Of a DNA stretch of 64,000 nt, positions 50,340-63,916 are shown piece after piece. The DNA comes from Lytechinus pictus (taxonomy: Eukaryota), in NCBI RefSeq assembly GCF_037042905.1, contig NC_087245.1, positions 11,782,001 through 11,846,000 of the forward strand, written 5' to 3'. Below the pieces are notes generated by a model. It saw only the letters and a program-made list of their open reading frames with translations, was not told the DNA's origin and made no database searches. The stretch's first letter is position 1; each line of letters starts with the position of its first letter. The translations under genes were made by a program, and so were the position numbers.

Positions 50340-51960
50340 ACTTTTGAGAGATACCTTCAAAAAGAAACTCCATGGATAAATAGTGACATATTGACCAAGA
50401 TAAAGGAAAGGAATAAAATTTAAAAAAAAAACGTGCTAAATTTTCGAAATCTGACAGTGACTAGATCTTACAGATATGATACGAAAGGCAATATATATAT
50501 ATATATATATATTTCAGAGATAATCTTGAACAACAAAGGGAATTATTCTGCTATGTGGAAATCTTTACAATGTATGCTTCCTGATAAAAAACAGAAGTTA
50601 ATCCAAAAATTGTCTATTAATGGTAAAGATATTTTGGGATTTAAGGAAATTGCCACGCGCTTAAAAATGATCACTTTGTTGACCTGGCAGCTATACGCAA
50701 AGAAAGGTTTGCGTTTGACGACAATCCCGACCTTTCGTTGGAGAAAGCGAACGCTTATTTGTGACGGTAGTTGATTTTGGAAGAGACCTTTGGGCCCGTC
50801 GTCATGGTCGTAAAATTCTGTTCTGCAATGCAAATTGTGTGACATGAGATTTTTTTTCGTTTCGCATCTGGAACGGAAACATTCAATCTGCGTTTCGTGT
50901 GCAAAATTCTGGTTGCTACTATATGGTAACAGCGATATATCCGATTTAGGACGACTTTCCAAAGCCACATTTGGTTCCTCCCAGATCTCGAGAGGCCGCC
51001 CGGGGGCCCATTTCCATTAAAGAGTGGATACCAGGCGCGACCACGCGTAAAAAGGGAAAGAGTGGGCAAGTACGTTACGTATAGGCCTATGTAACGTTTT
51101 AAGGGTGTCAAAAACGATGTTTAAAATACTGAAAAGGAGGGTAAAAATTATGTTGTCAATACTTGTAGGGTTTCAAAAGCTAAATACTTGTTAAGTGATG
51201 CATTATCATAATCTTGAAAAGCCTTGCTTCCCTTGTTTGCTTGATCCATGCCAGCATATTTTTCGTCCAGGCTACCCAACAACCACTGCCTTGTTAAATA
51301 TTACTGATGATTTTGCTAACAAAATTGATCAAGATTACGTTATTGGTATGGTCACTATAGACCTGAAGAAGGCATTTGATTCAATATCGCCTGAATTATT
51401 GTTAAAGAAATTATCTTACTTTGTATTTGATCAGGATGCAGTAAAATGGTTTTGCAATTATTTCTATGGTAGGCAGCAATTATGTCAGGTTCTCGTACTG
51501 TTGGAAGCGGAGTGCCTCAGGGGGGTATCCTAGGCCCCCTCCTCTTTATAATCACTCTAAATGATTTGGTCAGATATGTAGAACCAGGGGCGTCGATCCA
51601 TTTTTTAGGTTGGGGGGGGGGGGGAATCGTGAATCAACGTTTCAAAGACGCTCGATCACACAAAACAAACAAACTCACCCACACACAATACAATCGCAAT
51701 ATCTACTTACGACTTACTATAAGTCAATACGTCGACAAGAAAAAATAAAGAATATGGATTCTTTAACAGTTTACAATTATATTTCAAAATATGCGAGCAA
51801 AGATAACGAGCCCCAAATCAACATTTCATTGAAAACATTCGATTGGTAATCAGAAGCTAATGTATCTCCTATCAATTTATGGTGCAACATGGTGAAATAA
51901 GACTCAATCTCCTCAGATGTTGCAAAGATTTATGATGCTAACAAAATATAAATCAATTTC
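50340..51960 (+). pseudogene. Decayed CR1/L2-group LINE ORF2 (reverse transcriptase), interrupted by two MITE fragments
   Basis: PWINSDILTKIKERN; NKGNYSAMWKSL...EIATRL; QHIFRPGYPTTTALLNITDD...IDLKKAFDSI...KWFCNYFYGRQQ; GVPQGGILGPLLFII. Frameshifts and stops present. Confidence 0.85.
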
Positions 51961-52315
51961 TGCAAAATATATATTTTTTTGTCAGTTTTAGGGGGGGGGG
52001 GGTCTCCAGACCTAGCACCCCATAACAGTTTCCAAGTGAACTCACATTGTATTAATGCACCTTTGGACTTAGATTTTCAATTACCGTGATAAAAGCATTC
52101 TGCCATGTATAATTAGTTGGTCTAGAATCTATGTCCAATGCATGAATTACATGCATGCAATCAAACTTTTCAACCTGAGTTAGTTTTTATTGAAGATTTA
52201 TTTTCTCTTCATCTCGCCATTAATCCGTGTGAGCTAATATCAATATTCTTGATTTTAACACATTTTTGTTATTTCAATGGTCAATTTGTTCTTGATAAGT
52301 GTCAATTATCCTATC

Positions 52316-54053
52316 CACTGGCGTAAATCCCGGGGGGGATGGGGGGGATATATCCCCCCCACTTTTCGAGGAGGGGGGGATGGCCTGTACAATCATCCCC
52401 CCCACTTTTTACGAAAGAAATTTAAAAAAAATCACAAGAGATAATTGTTTTATTGGTGAAAATTCTTCCTAAAATACCGCTTAACAAATAAAACAATATT
52501 ATTGAATCATAAAATGCAAATAAAGAGCCAGTTCACCATTTCCAAACGAAATACTTATGTCCTTATTATAACATTGAAGAGAAACCCCCGTTTCTTCCAA
52601 TTCATCAATGTCTTTGGGAAGGGATTAAGATGGAATGTCAAAAAATTTTGAATGTAATCTCTAATAAAACCATTAAACCATCATGGGGTAAAAAGATAAT
52701 AATATTGGAGGGGTATTTGCCATATGGACATACAGTGGCGTAACTACGGTGGGGGGGGGGGGGGCATGGGAGGCACATGCTCCCCCCATCGGCTGACAAA
52801 AAAACCCCGGGGAAATGGGGAAAAAGATAAAAGAGGGAGAAAGGAAAAGAAACGTAGTGGGAAAGAAGAAAGTATTATTCATTATAATGTTATATTATAT
52901 TATAATTATGTTATGTTACATTACATAAGAAACATTTTTATCATAACTTTATTAAACATAATTTGCCCAGCAGGGCCTACGTCTTCATTATTCCTGGTGC
53001 TCGCATTGTCTGTTCAACGAGATATATAATCCTGTTGTACTAAAACATCCCGTTTTTCAAGTCAATATAAACCAAATATATTTCCTAGCACTTGAGTTAT
53101 CATTGTTTTATGTAGTGACATAGGCCTATGCTTCTTTTACATGACTCAAAAAGTGATTGCCCCATGTTAAGGTCTTCGTATATATAAAAACATTTCCTGT
53201 CCGTGATTACGTTCGCATTAGTGGATTGGTGAGATATGTCTGCTCTTCATGAATTCCTAAAATCAGTCCTTAAAATGTCCCTTTTTCTGATCTGAATATC
53301 AAAAATTTTCAGCTCGCGCTTCGCACTCGCCTCATTTGGTTAATGAAATACGTATGGTCCAAGTTAATTCCTACAAAGAAACCTTAGAATGCCCCACTTC
53401 AGGTCTGAATTATCTAACTTATCTAAATTTTCTGCTCGCGCTTCACGCTCGCAATATTTGATTAGTGAGATGCGTATGATAATCATGATTGCAATGACTA
53501 CAAAAAGTGTTTCATGTGTTCAGATGTAATTCTACTAAAATCAGCAAGCGCTTGGCACTCGCATTAGATGACTATGGTGAGATATGCATACTCTTAATGG
53601 ATTCCTAAAATATATTCCCTAAAATCTCGCTGTTTAGGGTCAAAATATACGAAAATTTCAGCTCGCTCTTCGCGCTCGCATTGTTAAGCGAGACAGGTAA
53701 CTATCATGATTACGCAAATTTGATTGTAATGTCCCTTTTTAGGTGTGAATATTAAAAAAAATCAGCTCGCGCTTCGCGCTCGCATAATTTGATCAATGAG
53801 ATACATATCCGTTCAATGACATTGTCCTTAAAATGTCTCTATTAGGTCAGAATAACTAGCAACTGAGCGCGATTCGCGCGCTCACTCAGTGATTCAAAGA
53901 TTTTGCTGGTGCCCCCACAATGCCGTGACCCACGGTACGCCACTGTGGACATATCAATTACAATTCCTTGCATATATAAAAACATGATTGCAAAAAAAAT
54001 GCCAAAATATTTCAGTCATCCCCCCCACCCCTCAACACGGATTTACGCCAGTG
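52316..54053. mobile_element. G/C-run hAT-like MITE, 8-bp TSD, containing a nested relative
   Basis: Perfect TIR CACTGGCGTAAATCC / GGATTTACGCCAGTG. ATCCTATC at 52308-52315 and 54054-54061. Confidence 0.88.
52733..53945. mobile_element. G/C-run hAT-like MITE, 8-bp TSD (nested)
   Basis: CAGTGGCGTA / TACGCCACTG. TGGACATA at 52725-52732 and 53946-53953. Internal TCAGCTCGCGCTTCGCGCTCGCA repeats, the inverse of those in 38905-39781. Confidence 0.88.
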
Positions 54054-54209
54054 ATCCTATCTCTTTAACTATTATAATTTGAAACAACTGATGGCAACTT
54101 CTTAAGTTAAAGGCTCATTCACTATGCTCAATTGTAATGATATTAGATAATGTTATACTTTCAGGCCTTCCCAATGTTTAATTTTACTTCCCGACGATAT
54201 TTGACCCCC

Positions 54210-54685
54210 AAATCGGATGTAAATATAAAAGTTATCACATTTCCAAGTTTCGCGTATTTTTCACAAAACAGTTATATGCACAACTCCGTGATATAAAATG
54301 AGAGAATCGAATATAACCCTCACTCACTATTTCTTATGTTTTTTTTATTGTTTGAATTATACAATATTTAAGTTTTTACATATTTGACAATAATGACTAA
54401 CTTGACTGAACCACACAATATTATAATAATGGTAATTGCACATGTTCAGTGAGGAATTAAACTTTGACAATGGGGATAAAATTAAATATGTTTCATATTT
54501 CATAATGAAAGCAAAAGAGATATGGGTGATGTCATCAGTCCCCTCATTTGAATACTGACCAGGATGCGCACATATCTGTTTAATGAAATTAAGGTAAGCT
54601 TCATAACTTTTTTTAATTTACATCTAATTTTGATGGGATTTTCAGTGTTATGCTTGTTGGATTTGTTGTGGTATAGACTTGTCCT
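54210..54685. mobile_element. Kolobok-type MITE family 2, 5' truncated
   Basis: Aligns with 56750-57949; ends GACTTGTCCT|TTAA. Confidence 0.7.
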
Positions 54686-55732
54686 TTAAAAGTTTTGCCA
54701 GTGATTTCTATACTTAATCAGATGCAGGAAAAGTAATTGCAATGGTCAGTGAAAATCATTGACTATATTGTTAAATGAAATCGCTCCCCCTGGTCTCATG
54801 TTTCAATTATACGAAAAACGATAAGTCTAGACAGTGTTCATATCTAGTCTGCTGTGCTCACATGCCTTGTGTCCTGAAGGCCCTCTCGCTCAGGAATTGA
54901 AACAGCAAGTTTTGTATGTGCTAGTCTTTGCGTGGAGACACTCTTGTTGATCAAAGTTTCAATCAGGGTCTGTGCATGCAGACTAGTTTATATCTTTTAA
55001 CATGTTTGAATGAAAACCTTTACACATTACGACTGTGTAGTAAACTTTGAAATCTCCAATATCATGAATATCTTCTCGCACAATAATCAGAAACGTGTTG
55101 ACCTATGATACAGGAAGCATTGTTAATAAATAAATTTGTAGAAGGGAAGTTTCATACACTCTAGAATGAATTATCGTGATTGTTATAAATTTGGAGGAAC
55201 AACCTGTGCACTGGTGACATCGGAGATCCATCTCTTCTGGTGAAAGGGCTGAGTTCAGGGATTTCCCCTTCATTGTGGAAAAGCTAAAGGCATTTTGCGG
55301 ATCAGGGGACTTCCCCTATTGAGGGTAGGAGGGGCTGGGGAAAGACTCTGTTCTCATTTCGATAGACACGATGAGAGACAATAGGGAGAGAGAGGGGAGA
55401 GGGGCAAGGAGAGAGAGAGAGAGGGGGGTTGGGAGGGGGTGGCGGTCAGCAGTATCACCAGGCAAGGATCCAGCGGAGGGTGGAAAAGATGCCCTCCCTT
55501 ACCTCCAAAAATGGGCATAGTCCTTCCCTTTTTGATAAAGCGATACCTTTTTTTCTCCTTCAGAATCTCTTTAGAGGTAAATGCGTCTGCTTGGGGTAAG
55601 AATAATCATTTAGAAAGGAAAACATTGTCAGAAATACTACTGAATAATACCCGTGTTCATTCCTGGTTCTGTCATTCACTGACCCAATTAGGATGTGTGT
55701 GGCTTTGGTTTCTCTTTCAGACCAAGACTTAA

Positions 55733-56324
55733 AGGGATGGTCCAGGCTGAAAATATTTATATCTTAATACATAGAGTAGAATTCACTGAGCAAAATGCCC
55801 AAAATTTCATCAAAATCGGATAACAAATAATAAAGTTATTGAAGTTTAAAGTTTAGCAATATTTTGTGAAAACAGTCGTCATGAGTATTCATTAGGTGGG
55901 CTGATGATGTCACATCTCCACTTTCCGTTTTTTATGTTATTACATAAAATCATATTTTTTTCATTATTTCATACTTGTGTGAATAATATGTCTCCCTTAT
56001 AATGAAATAAGTTGCAGCAATAAATATCTAATGCACTAAATCAGTTGTCAATCCAGTTTTTCTAGTTCTTGGAGGAAAAAATTTGAATAAACCTAATTTC
56101 ATATAATAAATACAAAAGAACTAGTGGAGATGTGACATCATCAGCCCACCTGGCCACCTAAAGAATATTCATGACGACTATTTTCACAAAATATTGCTAA
56201 ACTTTAAAATTCAATAACTTTGTTATTTGTTATCCGATTTTGATGAAAATTTCGGCATTTTGCTCAGTGAATTCTACTCTATTTATTAAGCTATATATAC
56301 ATAATTTCAGCCCGGACCATCCCT
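55733..56324. mobile_element. Kolobok-type palindromic MITE, family 1
   Basis: TTAA|AGGGATGGTCCAGGCTGAAA ... TTTCAGCCCGGACCATCCCT|TTAA, with ~200-bp near-perfect arms. Confidence 0.9.
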
Positions 56325-56749
56325 TTAAAACGTTAAAGGTCGAGTTTACTGACTCATCTCCATCATCGGTTTAATTTTAATTGATAATCAACTAACTTGG
56401 AAGCAACCAGGGAACATGACATGAGATGTTATGGAACTCGAACCCCGTACCTTTTGATGAGAGATCCTTTCTGTACCGCAGGTCTGTTCATATAGATATG
56501 ATAGATTTTAGTTGGGCAATCCAATCAGTTATTATTCACATGCCCTCTTTTCGATTTATAATGCTCCATTCATTTTCAATTGTCACTTTTTTATAGTTAA
56601 TTGTCAGAAAGGAATCTGAAAGCGCATTTTAAGTGTATTTTCACTCGGTTAAGTAATGACAGCTATAATTAAGAACACTTTATTCACCGTATTGAGATTT
56701 CTCTACTAATCACGATGACAGACCTAATTAAGTGAAAGTCCCAACTTAA

Positions 56750-57949
56750 AGGTCAAGTCCACCCAAGAAAAAATTTGATTTGAATAAATAGAGAAAATTA
56801 AACTAGCATAACACTGGCTGAATATTCCATAAAAATCGGATGTAAAATAAGAAAGTTATGACATTTTAACCTTTCGCTTGTTTTTTTCACAAAACAGTGA
56901 TATGCACAATTCAGTGGCATGCAAATGAGACAGCCGACGATGTCCTTCACTCACTATTTCTATTGTTTTTTATTGCTTGAATTGTACAATATTTCATGTT
57001 TTACATAATGACAATAAGGACCAACTTGACTGAACCATAAATGCTAATTCCACATGTTCAGGGAGGAATTAATCGTTGTTTCACTTGAAAATGAGGAGAA
57101 AATAAGAATATTTCATATTTTCATAAACAAAATACAAAATAAGTAGTGAGTGGATGACGTCATCAGTCTCCTCATTTGCATACCGACCAGGATGTGCATA
57201 CAGTATATTACTGTCTCGTGAATTTAAAGGGATGGTACAGGCTGGAGATATTTAGATCTCAATAAATAGAGTAAAATTCACAAAGCAAAATGCTGAAAAT
57301 TTCATCAAAATCAGATGACAAATAATGAAGTTATTGAATTTTAAATATTTGCATTATTCCGGTGAAACAGTTCTAGGCATGTCTTCATGAATGTTCATTA
57401 GGTGGACTGATAATGTGATATCCCCACTTGTTCTTTTGTATTTCATTATATGAAATTATGTTGATTCAAAAATTTTCTACCAAGAACTAAAACTGATTAA
57501 GTGCATTAGTTTTTTCATTGCCGCAACTTATTTCATCATAATGGAGACATATCATTTACACGTGTATTAAAAAATGAAACAATTCATATATTTCATGCAA
57601 TAACATAAGAAAAAGGAAAGTGGGGATATGATATCATCAGCCCACCTAATGAATATTCATGACGATGTGCATATAACTTTTCACAAAATATTGATAAACT
57701 TTAGATTTCAATAACTTCTTTATTTGTTATCCAATTTTGATGAAATTTTCAGCATTTTGCTTTGTGAATTTTACTCTATTTATTTAGATATAAATATTTT
57801 CAGCCTGGAACATCCTTTATAAGCAATACTTTAAAATGTAAACCCTTTCTTATTTTACATCCAATTTTCATGAAATTTTCAATGTTATGCTTGTTGGATT
57901 TTTAAATCTTTTTATTCAAATCAACTTTTTGTCGGGGTGGACTTTTCCT
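56750..57949. mobile_element. Kolobok-type MITE family 2, with a family-1 copy nested at 57228-57817
   Basis: TTAA|AGGTCAAGTCCACCC ... GGGTGGACTTTTCCT|TTAG. The inner element starts TTAA|AGGGATGGTACAGGCTG and ends CAGCCTGGAACATCCTT. Confidence 0.82.
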
Positions 57950-58620
57950 TTAGCATTCTTCCTTTTTTTTCCACACTTTTCATCACTCAAGTACTCTATC
58001 TTTTCATATTTTCTTTGAAAATAACTTGTCATTATGTGGTTGAATTTCCCTGCGTAAAGCTGGCATTCATTTCAATGCAATATGGCAATACGTAATGCTA
58101 ATGTGATATTTTACAGTCATGACTGCTAACGGTAAATATTTACCATCAATGTAACTGTTGATAAGTTTGAAGTCTGTCTTTTAATAACATGGACTTAGAG
58201 CTTTTATGGCGTGAAACATCCATACATTTTATGTTGGGTTTTTCACAGAATTGCAAATCACAAAACAATGGCATAAAAGGATGGATGAAATTAGCCATGT
58301 AATTATATATATATATATATATAGGGGGGTTGTTCCAGATCCCATTCCCATTGACAATCCCAAACCTCGTCTTTATACATTTAAGATAAAGAATCCAATC
58401 CAATCTGCCCTAGACCTACCATGTTAATGATTAATCATTAACATTTCATTTCTAAAGATTATTGTTTCGATAATAAAAATTAATGTGCTTCTCAGAAACG
58501 TTTTATGAGCCTACAAACAACTTAATTAATAAGCTGAATAGAGAATGAATGATATTTCTAAGTTGACAGATAATGAGAAATATACAAATTGGAAAAGTAC
58601 AACCTTATTCTTAATCATGC

Positions 58621-59330
<710 letters not shown>

Positions 59331-59955
59331 CCCAGGTAAAAAAAACCAGTTAAGGACCAGTTCATCCAACTGGTACTGGTACCAGTTGATTCCAGTTAGC
59401 GAACTGGATTCAATATGGAAATTGGAATACTGGAATCAACTGGATTCCAGTTGATTCCAATACTGGAATCAACTGGAATCCAGTTGACAAATTGTAACTG
59501 GTACCAGTTGGAAATACCAGTTGGCAACTGGTCCTAACTGGTACCAGTTAGCAACTGGTACCAGTTAGGACCAGTTGGAAACATGAGTTGTCAACTGGTG
59601 CCAGTTAAAACCAGTTGGAAACATCAATTGTAAACTGGTGCCAGTTAGGACCAGTTGGAAACATGAGTTGTCAACTGGTGCCAGTTAAAACCAGTTGGAA
59701 ACACAAATTGTCAACTGGTGCCAGTTAGGACCAGTTGGAAACATGAGGTGTCAACTGGTGCCAGTTAAAACCAGTTGGAAACACCAATTGTCAACTGGTG
59801 CCAGTTAGGACCAGTTGGAAACATGAGTTGTCAACTGGTGCCAGTTAAAACCAGTTGGAAACACCAGTTGTCAACTGGTGCCAGTTAGAACAAGTTGGAA
59901 GCACCAGTTAGGACCAGTTGGAAACATAAATTGTCAAGTGGTACCAGTTAGAAAC
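59331..59955. repeat. AACTGG/CCAGTT-based satellite (40-bp monomers, 80-bp higher-order unit), probably the subterminal array of a CCCAG-terminated DNA transposon
   Basis: Begins CCCAGGTAAAAAAAACCAGTT. Alternating GTCAACTGGTGCCAGTTAAAACCAGTTGGAAACA and ...GCCAGTTAGGACCAGTTGGAAACA units at 59560-59900. Confidence 0.85.
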
Positions 59956-60619
59956 ACCCTGCAATGTATAGCATAAACAAAAATGAATCATGTGGATATG
60001 TACATTCCCGATCTTTTACTCTTCTCATATAATCACTCCTTCGTTTTCCTTGCGCACACACACATTAGAATATTGGTACCAACACCCCCCCCCCCCCTCT
60101 CAGGCGGTTATTTCAATTATAAATTATCTTCAATTATCTTTACATTGAATGTCCACTCCTGTTATAACAATGTGCATGGACAAGTGAAATAATTATCCTT
60201 GCACATAGGACTGATGAAATGAATCAAGGTAAATTTGTAGCATTGTATTGAAACCTTGTTAATTTCCACATGTACAATATAACAGGATTGGACTGTAAAC
60301 TTGCTCTGGTAAATCAATCCCTCAGTCTCTTGAAATCTGTACCAAAAAACATCAGAGAATGACAAAAGTCACAAAAAACATCTATATGGTATTTAAACTA
60401 GGAATTTAATGAAAGAAAATTATGTTACAAACTGTAACATGCTGTGTATAATTCTTGTATTATGTGTCAACAAAGATCATTAACTTACACAGTAAATATG
60501 TAGTCAATCCAATTTTTACATGCTAGCTTGGAGACAAAATTTGAATATAATGCATCTAAGCATTTACATCCAATAAATAATATGTACTATTTTTAAAGGA
60601 ATGATAAAGGAGTCTTTTT

Positions 60620-60734
60620 TTAATTATTATTTATTGAGATCTTGGGGCCCTCACTGGCTCTGAAGAGGAAACGTGAAACAGGTACCTTCCTTTCCTGTAG
60701 TGGCACTTGATCTTTGCTGGTAGATGCGATGTAT
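60620..60734 (-). CDS. Candidate terminal exon of the same unknown gene
   Basis: CTAATCTTCAG acceptor; YIASTSKDQVPLQERKVPVSRFLFRASEGPKISINNN*. Frame stays open despite many substitutions. Confidence 0.3.
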
Positions 60735-61316
60735 CTGAAGATTAGAAAAAAAAACCAATGGAATGAAAAATAATAAGTACAGTGAATACCGTAATACAAA
60801 ATTTCAGTGGTGTAAAATTATATCTGCACATAAAGAAAATACATGGGATAGTGAAACTTCTCTAAGTTCCATATTTCAATGATTCAATTATAAATGATAG
60901 ACAGCACATCATCATTTTTATTACAACATGTATAGTAAGTTCACATGGTCTTGGGAATACTTCTGAAATTGACATCGCAGAGATGAAATTGCCTCGACCT
61001 TATACCTATACATTTATTTTAATAATAAAGACTTAGACTATGTATGTTTGCATATATGTATCTAGGAGTCTATGTTGCACATTATCTGCTAACATCTGAT
61101 GGGTATTTCATGATTGTCAGTGCCGACTATTTCAGTGAAATCATTGCTTTTGATTGGCTGAGAAGCACTGGCCTCTGACTGTTAACTATGGTAACTGTCG
61201 GAAAAAGACAACTTGTTAATGCTGACAACTTTCAAAAAGCAGTTCCCAGAACATGTTTAAAAACGCAAGACAAAGCAAAAAAAAAAATGAAATACAAAAT
61301 TTTATCCGAGGATTAA

Positions 61317-61901
61317 AGGGATGGTCCGGGCCGAAAATATTTACATCTAAATAATACTTGAGTAAAATTCACAGAGCAAAATGATGAAAATTTCATCAAA
61401 ATAGGATAACAAGAAGTTATTGAATTTTAAAGTTTATCAATATTTTGTGAAAACAGTTGTATGCACTTCGTCATGAATATTCATTAGGTGGGCTGATGTC
61501 ACATCTCCACTTTCCTTTTTTTTTATGTTACTAGATGAAATCATAAATGTTTGATTTTTTCATACATGTGTAAATGATGCGTCTCCATTGTAATGAAATA
61601 AGTTGCATCAATAACTAATGCACCTAATCAGTTGTCAATCCAATTGTCAATAGTTCTTGGTTAAAAATATCTTAATAAACCTAATCTCATATAATAAAAT
61701 ACAAAAGGGCAATTGGGATATGACATCAGCCAACCTAATGAATATTCATAAAGACATGCCTAGAACTATTTCACCGGAATAATGCAAATCTTTGAAATTC
61801 AAAACCTTAATTAGTTATCAAATTTTGATCAAGTTTTCAGCATTTTGCTCTGTGAATTTTACTCTATTTATTGAGATATGTTTCCAGCCTGGACCATCCC
61901 T
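61317..61901. mobile_element. Kolobok-type palindromic MITE, family 1
   Basis: TTAA|AGGGATGGTCCGGGC ... GCCTGGACCATCCCT|TTAA. Confidence 0.88.
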
Positions 61902-62439
61902 TTAATTCTACTTCTACGGTACCCCCACACATACTGGTAAGTCAGAGGTAAAAAACAACGAGAACCAATTTAATTTCAAAGATAAAAAAATACTTCAGCC
62001 TCCAGATTTAAGAAAAAATTCAGGAAATGTTATTTTAGTTCAGACTAATTGTGCACGTTTCATTTCGGAGGTCAATCTGAAATTATACTTCCAGTTCCAA
62101 ATTCACGCCATTTGGTTATGCAAAAGCATGAATTAAAATTGATGGGCATGGGCCCATGTCACTGGCTAGCCTAGAGGACTCCATGAAGATAATTTTATCA
62201 TTTTTACATTGTATTTTCATCACGGAGCCTAGACAAGCCTCCTATAAGGTTGCTCGTACAACTGTGTAAACAAAGATAGATTTCCCTCGGAAATCCACCT
62301 TTCCCATAATGATTTTTGGGCAAACATTAAATTTTTACATTTTGTAAGCCTTGATACTCTAAATGTGTACAAAGGCTTAAAAAAAAATTAATTGTAAAAT
62401 GTACAAATTGGAAATTTTCTTACAAAAAGGATCACTTGC

Positions 62440-62538
62440 TTGCAGATCTTGTCCTCACTGCCTCTGAAGAGTTCACGTGCGACAGGTACATTCCTTTCCT
62501 CTACTGGCACACATTCTTTGCTGGTAGATGCGATGTAT
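62440..62538 (-). CDS. Candidate repeated exon (99 bp, phase 2-2) of an unknown gene
   Basis: TTCTTCAG acceptor; YIASTSKECVPVEERNVPVARELFRGSEDKIC; possible GC donor. Differs from its neighbour by a 3-nt indel. Confidence 0.3.
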
Positions 62539-62971
62539 CTGAAGAATTTTTTTCAAAAACAATGGAGAGAAAAATAATCAGTACAGTGAACAACAGCGAA
62601 TAACAAATACGTATATATTACAGTGAATAGCAATACATGTCTACACCTAAGGCGGGCAAGGGTTACTACAGAGTGTTGTAAAATTCCATTTGCACTTTAA
62701 GAAAAATACATGGGATTGTGAATCAATTTTTATATTGTATTTTCATCACGGAGCCTAGACAAGCCTCCTATAAGGTTGCTCGTACAACTGTGTAAACAAA
62801 GATAGATTTGATTTTTCCTCGGAAATCCACCTTTCCCATAATGATTTTTGGGCAAACATTAAATTTTTACATTTTGTAAGCCTTGATACTCTAAATGTGT
62901 ACAAAGGCTTTAAAAAAAATTAATTGTGAAATGTACAAATTGGAAATTTTCTTACAAAAAGGATCACTTGC

Positions 62972-63073
62972 TTGCAGATCTTGTTGTCCTCACTGCCTCT
63001 GAAGAGTTCACGTGCGACAGGTACATTCCTTCCCTGTACTGGCACACGTTCTTTGCTGGTAGATGCGATGTAT
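62972..63073 (-). CDS. Candidate repeated exon (102 bp, phase 2-2) of an unknown gene
   Basis: TTATTCAG acceptor; YIASTSKERVPVQGRNVPVARELFRGSEDNKIC; possible GC donor AA|GCAAGT. Confidence 0.3.
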
Positions 63074-63729
63074 CTGAATAATTTTTTTTAAAACAATGGA
63101 GAGAAAAATAATCAGTACAGTGAACAGTGAATAAAAATACGTCTATATTACAGTGAATAGCAATACATGTCTACACCTAAGGCGGGCAAGCGTTACTACA
63201 GAGTGTTGTAAAATTCCATTTGCACATTAAGAAAAATACATGGGATTGTGAATCAATGATTCAACTATAATGATAAACATGCAGCACATCATCATATTTA
63301 TTTAAAAAATGAGTAAGTTCACTTGGTCTTGGGAATACTTCTGAAATCGATGTCGCAGAGATCAGTCCTTCATGTTTATAATTCCATGGAGCTCAATAAA
63401 TGGCTCTCCTTATGCCTCCGAATTTGCTTTCCTAGACACACTCAATTTTATAAAATGCTCAATTGTTGTAGATTGTTATTAAAATTGTAAATGCAACAGC
63501 TGTGTAGCTATTAATTAATCTGTGGTGAAACTAGGCTTGGGTCATGTACAAAAATATCGCGCTCCTCAAAAAAAAATTATAAGTAGGGTGTCCGAACTCA
63601 TATTAGGCCTAAAAAAAGTGCTAGAATTTCATATTTTACATCTTTAAAACCATTAAATCACCATCTCTTTTCCATAATTCTCATAATAGAAGATACACAA
63701 AGACCCCAAAAGAAAACTTGACATCTGAA

Positions 63730-63916
63730 TTACCTAACTTACAGCCTCCTCATATGGAGGGCAGCAACGAAGTATTCGGATCTCCACTCCTGAGTCCTGG
63801 CGGTTCTGAGCTGGGCCTTCTTCTGGAAACTACCGGTACCCCAGGTCATGTTCACTGACTTCATCTCCTCCTCGAGGCTCAGTATGACTCCAGGTGGTTT
63901 TGGGTCTCCCTCTCTC
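63730..63916 (-). mobile_element. 3' end fragment of an RTE-clade LINE; also a candidate exon (63743-63916)
   Basis: RGRPKTTW in one frame, then LEEEMKSVNMTWGT..FQKKAQ...QEWRS..FVAALH in another, typical of the RTE ORF C-terminus. Followed by a GTAAGT-like tail. Confidence 0.7.

Larger units (their letters stand above)
62200..63257. repeat. Tandem duplication 2 x ~530 bp; older partial paralog at ~60636-60990
   Basis: ATTGTATTTTCATCACGGAGCCTAGACAAGCC...CATGGGATTGTGAATCAAT occurs twice. The CTTTGCTGGTAGATGCGATGTATCTGAA core occurs three times. Confidence 0.9.

Noticed and set aside
59340..59955. Palindromic 40-bp repeats as CRISPR
   Set aside because: No variable spacers; simple satellite.
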